34,359 nucleotides of DNA from Opitutales bacterium (GTDB lineage: Bacteria; Verrucomicrobiota; Verrucomicrobiia; Opitutales; JABSRG01). Where the stretch lies: assembly GCA_049599475.1 (NCBI GenBank), contig JBMYOQ010000047.1:1-34359 (forward strand). The letters are read 5' to 3'. The notes beneath the pieces are model-generated. The model made no database searches and had not been told where the DNA came from. It saw only the letters and a list, made by a program, of their open reading frames with translations. Position numbers and translations under genes: made by a program. This document shows positions 17,339-26,300 of the stretch, in pieces (the first letter of the stretch is position 1; each line of letters starts with the position of its first letter).

Positions 17339-19567
17339 TCAATCGCGCGGAGCGAGAGTGCTGCCAGCTTTGCTTACATCGATGGCCTCTATTCCAAGTT
17401 TCTCAGCAGGAGATCCAGGTAAGAACCTAAATATGCGTTGCTTCATCGCCTCTTTATCGAACATCGGATCGACGAATAACATTCCCACTTCCGCGTCTCC
17501 TCGGTGACCATCGGCCATGATTTCTTGCCCTTCGGTGAATTCTTCACTTCGGCCTTCTACATAAAAAAGGGAATTAGAAACCGCTTTAAAAGCCTCTGTT
17601 TGCTTGATGCCAGAAGACTCATCCCAAATCTCCTTATTCATAAGTCCAGCCTTTGGATTCCTACTATAGAATACAACTTTATCCAAGGGTGCTGGGTACC
17701 ACTCTTTGTTGGTAATTTGGATAGCGTCGATGCAGAAGTTATTCGTGTATTCACCATCCCATTTCATCACGAGCATCATTCGTCCTCGTTCGAAGACATT
17801 GTTGCGAATGTATGTGTAGCCGGAATTGTCGTCTAAGCGGATAAAACCACGATTATTAGCGACATCATAAATGTAGTTATATTCCGCGACATTGCCCTCA
17901 CCCATTCCGGAGAAGTAAATGGCATTACCATCATTGAGTTCCTGCATCACGCGGTAGATCTCATTGTAAGCAATCCGGTTTTTGCGCGCATGCAGTAAGT
18001 CTTCGAAAAGGCTGACATCCGAGTTGAGCCATTGCTTTTCCAGCACTTCCTTAATGCCTTCCACGTAGGGAATAATCTCTTCAACACGAAGGCTATTCAC
18101 CCACTCGCGTCGGTTTTTCAGAGTATCATAAAGGGCCAGCTCATGTGGACGCACCCCACTGATCACCATCGCGTTATACGCGAGATCATGGATCGTGTTG
18201 TGAGTGATTTCATTATGGCCGCTCTGAGCAATGAAAATGCCCGCAGAGTGTCGGTAGAGAGTCCCAACATGGTGTATGTAGTTGTTGTGTATGGTGTTGA
18301 ATTTGTTCTCATCCTTGAGACCTGGAGCGTAGCCGCTCAACAAGATCCCCGTTCCCCCAAGGTATGAGAAACGGCTGTCAGACACAGTGTTGTGCTGGCT
18401 ATACATGTCCAATCGGACACCGGTGCCACTACTGGCTTCAAAGACACACCTTTTGATCACGCAGTGCTCGGCGTGGCGTAGCCGAATAACCGCATTGCCC
18501 TTATCATACATTTCCCAGTCATGCTGAAGCGCTTTATCTCCGGGCAGCCATGTATCACGCAGACCGTGACGAAACGTAAGCCCTTCGAATCTTAGAAAAC
18601 GTGCGCGTTCCGAGTCCTCTATTCCTTCGACACGAATAAATTCCTGCAAGTAAGGTGCACGGATATCAGCATTTGCCAATGAGCTTTCCGGCCAGATGTA
18701 TACCCGTCCTTCGAGGCTATTAAACACCCATTCACCGGGCTCATCGAGAAAGTCGATTGCATTGTCGACCTTATATTTATCCTTTGTCTTATTTCCAGGT
18801 TTGCCCGAAAATCCGTAAGTCGGCTCGATAGTAAAGGTCGCTTTATTGTTCGCAATATCGATACTCTCAAGGGGCAAGATGTTGATGAGCCAGTGATGTT
18901 TCGGGCTCATGAAAATTTCGATATCTTGGATATTTTCCCAATCGCGCAAATCTCCCTCATTGAAGGTAAGCTTGCGGCTAAAGACGACGGGCGGATCTCC
19001 AAAAGTCAGCGCTCTACGCGTATCCTTCGGCTGAGCATTTGCAATATCCTGAACATGCTTTTCAGAGACTTCGAAATAGTCCGAACGAGACCGCGTCAGC
19101 AACTCCAGACCATCATACAGCGACGTAATTTTCCAATCACTGGAACTATTTGGAATATCTGTATACCACAATTTACCTTTGGCGCTCGCCGATGTTCCTT
19201 TTGGGTCGTTTTCAACGGGTTTCCAATCAGAGAGTTTCTTAGCTCCTGTAAAAACGGGAACTTCATCCTCATACGCTTTATAAGTAATCGGAAATGCGTC
19301 GGTCCCGGAGTCTTCATAAGAGAAGACGACTGTTGTATCCATCTCATATTCTCCGTCGCGAAAATAGACGACTACGGGTTCAGACAAGCCCTTCTCAATC
19401 TCCTCACGTACCTTGAGGCGAGCTCCTTCTAGCGAAGCCAGAGGACGACTCTTTGAGCCAGTCCAAGCATCATTGCCCGACGGTGAGACATAAAAAGAAG
19501 TATCCGCGAAGATACAGAACGGAGCAAGAGCACTGAGGCTCGCAAGTAGGTAGATGGAGTGTTTCAT
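17339..19567 (-). CDS. Right-handed beta-helix glycoside hydrolase, GH141-like (putative fucosidase/fucoidanase)
   Basis: Signal peptide from MKHSIY (ATG 19567). 'FYVSPSGND..TGS..RPLASL..AR', 'EDSGT...PITYKAY..E.PV', 'LDEPGEW', Asn-ladder beta-helix repeats, and acidic motifs 'DGNAIY' and 'IRLDD'. Confidence 0.75.
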   Translation of the reverse strand: MKHSIYLLASLSALAPFCIFADTSFYVSPSGNDAWTGSKSRPLASLEGARLKVREEIEKGLSEPVVVYFRDGEYEMDTTVVFSYEDSGTDAFPITYKAYEDEVPVFTGAKKLSDWKPVENDPKGTSASAKGKLWYTDIPNSSSDWKITSLYDGLELLTRSRSDYFEVSEKHVQDIANAQPKDTRRALTFGDPPVVFSRKLTFNEGDLRDWENIQDIEIFMSPKHHWLINILPLESIDIANNKATFTIEPTYGFSGKPGNKTKDKYKVDNAIDFLDEPGEWVFNSLEGRVYIWPESSLANADIRAPYLQEFIRVEGIEDSERARFLRFEGLTFRHGLRDTWLPGDKALQHDWEMYDKGNAVIRLRHAEHCVIKRCVFEASSGTGVRLDMYSQHNTVSDSRFSYLGGTGILLSGYAPGLKDENKFNTIHNNYIHHVGTLYRHSAGIFIAQSGHNEITHNTIHDLAYNAMVISGVRPHELALYDTLKNRREWVNSLRVEEIIPYVEGIKEVLEKQWLNSDVSLFEDLLHARKNRIAYNEIYRVMQELNDGNAIYFSGMGEGNVAEYNYIYDVANNRGFIRLDDNSGYTYIRNNVFERGRMMLVMKWDGEYTNNFCIDAIQITNKEWYPAPLDKVVFYSRNPKAGLMNKEIWDESSGIKQTEAFKAVSNSLFYVEGRSEEFTEGQEIMADGHRGDAEVGMLFVDPMFDKEAMKQRIFRFLPGSPAEKLGIEAIDVSKAGSTLAPRD

Positions 19568-19689
19568 AGAGGTGATTTTTTGAAATTCTAATATTTTGAT
19601 CCCAGAAAAATAGGCGATTTGGACTGATCGTAATCCGCTCCGTGTTCTCCACAACTTTGAGCGAATGCTGAATTCGAACCCAATACCGT

Positions 19690-20823
19690 TTACTTCTTCC
19701 CGGTGCGCTTAATGCCTGGGGTTTCCGAAATCTGCGGAACGTTCTTTACGATGGGTTGCGCCTCAATGAGTTTCGCTGTCTCGCGCAGAATTGAGTATGC
19801 CTGGTCCTGGACAACTCCATTGCCATCTGGACCAACATTAAGCAACAGGCTGCCGCCCTTCTCATTGATGTCTTTCAGCTTATTGTAGACGGTCTCTGGT
19901 GACTTCCAGGCGTCGTCTCCTTTCTTATAACCCCAAGATTTATTCATGGTGTAACAACCTTCCCAATACTTGGCGAAGGCATTACCAAAGTGTTTTTGCT
20001 CTTGGGTAACAAAATCCAGTTCGAAATCTTTTCGTTTAGCGACACGATTATTCACGATAACACTCGGACTCGCCCCTCGTATTGCATTATATAGCTCTAT
20101 GCCGTCTTCCAAAGTCCACCATTTGACCCAGTCACCATCGAACCACAGGACTTCTGGATCATATTTTTCAATGAGTTCCAGCACCTGATTCCTCTGAAAA
20201 TCAACATATTCCTGCTTGCGATTATCAACGATAAGACTCTGTCCCGCGGGCCCCTTCTGGTTCAATTCATGCGGGCATGCCTGGCTTGGATGATGCCAAT
20301 CTAAGATACTATAGTAAATGCCAAATCGAACACCGTGGCGATCGCAAGCGTCTTTTAACTCCTGCAGGATATCGCGCCCCTTGAACGGGGTGCTCGCGAC
20401 ATCAAAATCTGTATATTCGCTATCCCAAAGACAGAAACCCTCATGATGCTTTGAGGTGACCACCATGTAAGTCATACCCGCATCCTTAGCAGCCGATATT
20501 AGCTTTTCAGCATCGAATTCAGTGGGATTAAATTCATTTACAAGTTCAGCATAATCTTCGCGCGGAATTTTCAAAGTGCCCATAATCCACTCAGAGTAGA
20601 TTCGCCCGCCTTTTCCCTTAACAGGGATTCGCTCACCTTCCCATTCACCTCCCAACATTGAATAAAGGCCGAAATGGATAAATAAGCCGTATTGTGCGTC
20701 GGCAAACCACTGCGTGCGTGCCTTGTAGTCTTCGAAAGACTCCTGCGGAAGCGCCCCTTTTGCATGCAGAAAGGGGGACAAGCCTAATAATAAACATAAG
20801 AGGGTGATGTGATGGTGATTCAT
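19690..20823 (-). CDS. GH29 alpha-L-fucosidase, secreted
   Basis: 'WF.DAQYGLFIHFGLYS', 'TSKHHEGFCLWDS', 'YYSILDW', nucleophile motif 'LWFDG', 'SWGY' and 'LLLNVGP'. Confidence 0.93.
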   Translation of the reverse strand: MNHHHITLLCLLLGLSPFLHAKGALPQESFEDYKARTQWFADAQYGLFIHFGLYSMLGGEWEGERIPVKGKGGRIYSEWIMGTLKIPREDYAELVNEFNPTEFDAEKLISAAKDAGMTYMVVTSKHHEGFCLWDSEYTDFDVASTPFKGRDILQELKDACDRHGVRFGIYYSILDWHHPSQACPHELNQKGPAGQSLIVDNRKQEYVDFQRNQVLELIEKYDPEVLWFDGDWVKWWTLEDGIELYNAIRGASPSVIVNNRVAKRKDFELDFVTQEQKHFGNAFAKYWEGCYTMNKSWGYKKGDDAWKSPETVYNKLKDINEKGGSLLLNVGPDGNGVVQDQAYSILRETAKLIEAQPIVKNVPQISETPGIKRTGKK

Positions 20824-21073
20824 TAGATTCTAATACCCGAAATCGGCTGGATTAGGACATTTATCTTCGAAATGTAAAAGGATCAAAATTGTAACGAAAA
20901 GTTAGATCGGCGTGTCCTCACCCAGCCCCTCTGTTGCTTGGAATGCGACTTGAACGCTGCGATTTTCTCGGACTTGCAGCCCCACATCAATGCAGCCTCC
21001 TTAATGCTTAACACGATTCCTCTATAAATAAATTTGAGAACAGGACTAACGCATGACTTAGGCGCAAGTTCCA

Positions 21074-22012
21074 CTACTTTACCCGCGGTAAGTTCCTTGT
21101 TATTTTAGCCGTCCATTCCGCAACTGAATCCTCGCCAGTTAGATAGCCATATTTAACCAAGAACGCGTCCGTCTTGACCAGGGTCGCTTCAAACATTTCG
21201 CGACCACCCTTACTAATATTCATGAATCCGTGCCCCTGTCCTTCAAAGAAGTAAGTCTCACATTCATTACCGGCAGCCCGCATTTTTTCCTGAAACACCT
21301 CAGCTGTTGAAACAGGAATCAAGCGATCATTCGTCCCCAGAAGAACTAAGGTAGGCGGTAGCCCTGGCCGGATATTATGAAGCGGCGAAATGTCCTCCCA
21401 ATATTTCTTTACACGACCATGGCCATAGCCATCTGGGCCATTATCGTAAACCGCATTATATAAAATCAGCCCATTGGGCACTGGAGAGATAGGCGATGCG
21501 GTATTTGAATCAATCTTTGGACAAAACGCAGCAGCCGCAGCGACATGCCCTCCCGCAGAACCGCCGCCAGCAATGATTCTTTCCGGATCAATTCCCAATT
21601 CACTGGAATGCTCACGTATATATCGAATTGCCTCTTTGGCATCTTCTGCAGCGACCTGAGGGGGTGTTCCATATCGTTTCTTCACGCGGTATTCCGCAGA
21701 AATAGCCACCATGCCCCGCGACGCCAAATATCCACACTGCCCATAGAATTGCTCTGCAGTGCCGCCATTCCATCCACCGCCGAAAAAGAGCACGACACAC
21801 GGATACTTGAGCTCTTCAGAATACCCTTCTGGCATAAAAACGTGGAGCTTTAATGGCTGTCCCTCTTCCGGATTGAGAAATTCAATCTGTTTACTCGGAG
21901 TTAGGCCAAGTTTCGATGAATACCTTTCCACCGGCTGCGCAATAGCCACCGTTAGGCTCATCAAAAGACTAATACACAGAGCGATTCCAGTAAGTTTTCT
22001 TCTCATATTCAT
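21074..22012 (-). CDS. Secreted alpha/beta-hydrolase (HSL/BD-FAE-like carbohydrate esterase)
   Basis: 'FFGGGW' oxyanion motif, GxSxG 'GGSAGGH', 'GTNDRLIP' and 'GQGHGF'. Signal peptide. Confidence 0.88.
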   Translation of the reverse strand: MNMRRKLTGIALCISLLMSLTVAIAQPVERYSSKLGLTPSKQIEFLNPEEGQPLKLHVFMPEGYSEELKYPCVVLFFGGGWNGGTAEQFYGQCGYLASRGMVAISAEYRVKKRYGTPPQVAAEDAKEAIRYIREHSSELGIDPERIIAGGGSAGGHVAAAAAFCPKIDSNTASPISPVPNGLILYNAVYDNGPDGYGHGRVKKYWEDISPLHNIRPGLPPTLVLLGTNDRLIPVSTAEVFQEKMRAAGNECETYFFEGQGHGFMNISKGGREMFEATLVKTDAFLVKYGYLTGEDSVAEWTAKITRNLPRVK

Positions 22013-22173
22013 AGTGGGCGTCAGAATGTAAAACGACTATGTCCACGAAAGTTTACATAATTCCTCGGACGTGTCCACGGATCTTGCATGCGGTATGAAT
22101 CCGCTCCACCCTAATACCAAATCCCGAAAATATTGATCAAATCAAGATTTTCGAGATTCGGTATTACCAGAGC

Positions 22174-22207
22174 AAAAAAAACTCCCGCCCAAAATGGGCG
22201 AGAGTTT
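22174..22207 (-). terminator. Rho-independent terminator of the PEP-CTERM gene
   Basis: Minus strand reads AAACTCTCGCCCA-TTT-TGGGCGGGAGTTTTTTTT. Confidence 0.85.
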
Positions 22208-22231
22208 ATCAGTAAGTTTTTAAATACGATC

Positions 22232-22987
22232 TTACGCCTGCTTCTTGCGACGTGCCGCCACGACTCCGAATGCAATCGCAGCGATAAGAATTCCGTAGGT
22301 GCTCGGCTCTGGAACTGCAACGATATCGAGAGTCAAGAGACCCAGCTGGTTTCTATTTGCAGGGTTATTCGCAACATATGCAAATGTGTCCCCGTCCCCT
22401 AAGACTAGCGGAGAAGTGAAAAACGCGTCGTTTGATGAGCCAACGAGAGATCCAGTGCTATCGAATATAGAGGCGTCTGGGCCGTTCGAAGAAGTATCGA
22501 AATCATTGAGGCTCAGCAACTGAAGTTGAAAACCGGAATCGAGAAAATCCTGATCCAAATCTACTGTGAAGATGATAGCCTCTGGAGACCTCAAGCGATT
22601 GTCTCCGACCCCGAGACCAGAAGTTCCATTCCGGGCGCCTCGGACCAAATCGGTACCGGTCGTGTAAGCGCCTCCATTGTAGTCTGAAGTTGCCTCCATT
22701 GTAATGGTGAACGAACCACTAGGAGCCGTATAAAGGTCAAACGAGTCAAGTGTTGAGTCCAAAACACCGATAGCCTGAGTCTCTACTCCGTTCGTTGCTG
22801 AAGGAGCAGTGAAAGTGATTCCATCAGAAGACAGATCGCTAAATCCAAGAGCGACAGAGTCTCCATAGTTGATATTGCTGGAAGTGTCCCGGCCTTCGTA
22901 AAAGCCAATTTCTACAGTTCCGAAAGCAGGACCACTGCATAATGCAGCGAGACATAGCCCGAGCGAAGCATAACTTATTTTATTCAT
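22232..22987 (-). CDS. PEP-CTERM sorting-domain surface protein
   Basis: Signal peptide and C-terminal 'AVPEPSTYGILIAAIAFGVVAARRKKQA' (VPEP, TM helix, basic tail). Confidence 0.93.
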   Translation of the reverse strand: MNKISYASLGLCLAALCSGPAFGTVEIGFYEGRDTSSNINYGDSVALGFSDLSSDGITFTAPSATNGVETQAIGVLDSTLDSFDLYTAPSGSFTITMEATSDYNGGAYTTGTDLVRGARNGTSGLGVGDNRLRSPEAIIFTVDLDQDFLDSGFQLQLLSLNDFDTSSNGPDASIFDSTGSLVGSSNDAFFTSPLVLGDGDTFAYVANNPANRNQLGLLTLDIVAVPEPSTYGILIAAIAFGVVAARRKKQA

Positions 22988-23130
22988 AGAGAGGGTGAAC
23001 GAATTGGTGATTGGTTAACGACTATATGAAACCTTTTCAAAACCATCCGATCAACCACTCCACTACCCATCGTTTGCATAGTAGCATAGATTCCAATTCT
23101 TCCCGATAGTGCATGGTTATTAACAAAACA

Positions 23131-23152
23131 ATACCCCATAAACGATGGGTAA
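23131..23152. promoter_or_regulatory. Pseudo-palindrome TACCCCA-N7-TGGGTAA (copy 2) in the divergent promoter region
   Basis: ATACCCCATAAACGATGGGTAA, with extra TTACCCC half-sites at about 23198 and 23273. Confidence 0.45.
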
Positions 23153-23326
23153 CGGAGCTATTGCCCGCGCGTAGCAGGTAAAAATGATAATGGCATATTA
23201 CCCCACTGTGGCCGAAGCTCATCGAGCACACGCCTCTTATCTACGTTCAAAACCTATTATCCGTTCAAGGTATTACCCCCATGAGCGCACCCCCACAAAG
23301 CTCAATCATCACCTAACCCCATTAAC

Positions 23327-26300
23327 GTGTTGCCAGCTACCCTTAAGTGCCTATCGATAGCCGTAGGTTCAGTCCTACTGTATCATTCTACCTCAGCCCA
23401 GGTCTCATTCCGCTCAGACACGAGCGCAGCCACTCCCACCAAGTCATTCTTCTACAACTGGAACGGTTTCGAAGTCCAGTGGTATGGTCCCAGTATCGGA
23501 TTCGTAGACGGAGACGAATTTAACGGTGCTCCTGTCGGCGGGCGGTCTTTTACGCAGCCCTACAGCCAGAACTCTTTTGCCTACGAAATCTCAGCGGTTA
23601 TGTCTTGGGATACGGCAACAGCTGTTCAATCCATTGTCGATCCTGACAGCCTCCCGGGTATCAACTCGTTTCTAGACTACTTAGCAGGCTTGACCCCCGC
23701 AGAGGTCAACAAACATGGCGGAAGCCAATATGGTCTGGGTGTTGAAAATAACAATAATCACGACGCAGACGGAAACCAGATTGACGCCAACCGCCGCGAC
23801 AAAATTGACGATGTGGGCGAGGCCTTGGTCATCCAATTCGATCTCCAAGGCTCCCTAGCCATGCCCGATCCCGCGAATGCCGACGAGACCCAAGGCGAAT
23901 CCTACACATTTGGACCCGACGACTCATACACCTTCGAAAACACGGGGCTGAACGAATATGCAGCGCTCACACTTGAGGAACTATATATCAAGAAATACAG
24001 CACAGCGAACAACCCTACCAACGCTCGCATCGATTTCCTATTCTACGACGTCAGCGAAAATACTTTTGTTCAGGACAGCCTAGATGGAGACGCCTTTTAT
24101 GAATACCTCAATCTGGACGCATCAAACTTCATTCTAACCGGTCCCTGGACTATCGAACACGGCGACATTCTTATACTCGCTCACCCGACCAACGAAGCCA
24201 ATAATTTGAGCATGCTCAGCAACGAGCTCTGGAGCATGACATTTGATCTGGATTTCAATCCACCTCCAGCACCGACTATCGAAATACCTGCAGATCCCGC
24301 AGATTTTCCACAGCATCCCTACACTCCAGGTTTCCAAAACATCTGGCGTGAAGACGGCGAGACCGTGGCGATGTATCGGACTGAGCAAAACAACGATACG
24401 ACTCGGACCGTTGTCATGGACTTTCACCGAGGTTATCTACTCACCGAGAATCGCGGCACATCCGATGGCAATAAGGGCACGCGTATCGTTTTCGACATTT
24501 CAGGCACCTCCGCTCCTCTTAACGAAGGCGAAGACCCGAACACCCGTTTCCCCTCCGAGTTTTATAGAGATATCAACGCTGATGCGGGCCAACACAATGC
24601 ATGGATGTATGCCCCCGACCATCGCATAAATCGCTCTCAGTGGGCTGATGTATCCGATATGTCAGACGTTCACAATGTCGGCTTCCCAGACGGGTATGTC
24701 GGTGTAGGCTCAAACGGACTACGCAGTGCCTATGTGCTCCCTTACCACTACTCTTCACCCATTAATTCAGGGTTCGCCGTCTGGGACGCACGTACCAATA
24801 CACAGCTCTCCCTTGCAAACGATCACGGCTTCGGCGGCATGGTGATGCCCGTGGGTAATATCATGCTTATCTCTCAACTACGTGCTGGAGAAAAGGCAGT
24901 CGCCACCTACGATATCAGCGATCCAAGCGCGCCTGTTCTTCTCGATGTTCTCCGAGGTGAGAATCCTCAATGGCGCAATACCGCAGCGGGGTCCTATGAG
25001 CCGTCAGTATACAACCACTATATGGTCATTCCTGCATCGGTTAATGGAGGGAGCGTCACCTTTGTCGATTACTCCGACCCGGCAAATCTGCGCGTGCATG
25101 AAATAGTCAAGCCCGTCGAAGGCTCTGAGCGCTACATCCAGTTTAAAGACCACCGCATGTTCGCGGGCACCGAGGTAATCGACATAACACACCTCGACGG
25201 CGGCATCGTCTCCCGAGAGCATAATTTCCCAGGGCACAAAGGTGAATACATGCTCCCTCTGGGCAATCTCGTCGTGTGTGCAGAGAATTCCGAACAAGGA
25301 GCCGAAAACATGGGGGCTATTTTCGCATTTCAGGCCGAGCCCGACGTTGTCGCACCGAAGGTGACATACCACATACCGGCGGCCGGAGCGGAACACCAAC
25401 GAGTCACCAGTCGTATTGGTTTGATGATACACGAAACTCTGGACCTAACCAGCCTCAACGAGAATACCCTCAAAGTCTTCCCTGTCAGCGATCTGACTGA
25501 AACGAGTATCGACGGCACTCGCACCGCGAGCGACAAAGATATCATCACCTTCACGCCCAATGCCCCACTCTCTCCAGAGACCACCTACCGCGTAGTCGCC
25601 GAAGGTATAAAAGATATTGTGGGCAATCCTATGGAGCGTTTCACATTCGACTTTACTACAGAGGGTCCTGATTCGCTGTGGTATCCCATCGTAAACAATT
25701 TTGGCTTTACCAATACAGACGATCTACTCGTCAACCAGCCCGTCTATTTCTCCTTCGATGCAAGCCCAGACAACGGCGAGGATCCCTCTACCCTCGAATA
25801 CCAATGGGATTTCGGCGATGGGAAGACGACAGCCTGGAGTAATGAGAATCAGTCAATCAGCCACAGCTACACTACGGAAGGCCTTTTCCGGATCAAAGCT
25901 AAGGTGCGGAGTGTAAATGCACCCAGTCTTTCCGTGGCCCGCAGTATCCAAGTTTCCATTATTCAAAAGGCAGCAGGCGAAGACGGGTTTGAGCCGCGTC
26001 TCGAAGCGGAAAACATGACCAACTCCAGTATTGGCGAATCGGAAAGTGCTTCTAATGGAGCATACTCTCGAGCCGGAAGTGTTCCATTCACATTCAACGC
26101 AGTTCCCGGAGTCTACGATTTCGTACTGCGCTTTTCTCACGATAAAAACAATGGATCTCACCGTGAGTATGACATTTTCTTTAGCAAAGGAACGCTCAAC
26201 GAAGATGGATCCTACAGCTATACCGAAATTCAGGAATGGCCATCATTGATCCCAGCGAATACGACCTGGGAAGAGAGCGTAAATGCCGTATACATCACAG

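Noticed and set aside
19568..19654. N-terminal extension of the GH141-like ORF in the ORF track
   Set aside because: The signal peptide begins at the ATG at 19567, and the upstream 29 codons look non-coding.
22072..22088. Sigma54 promoter-like TCCACG-N4-TTGCA (also TGGCAC at about 14, 4539 and 17328)
   Set aside because: The invariant -24 GG is missing or the spacing to TTGC is wrong. The 22072 site also faces away from the adjacent gene start.
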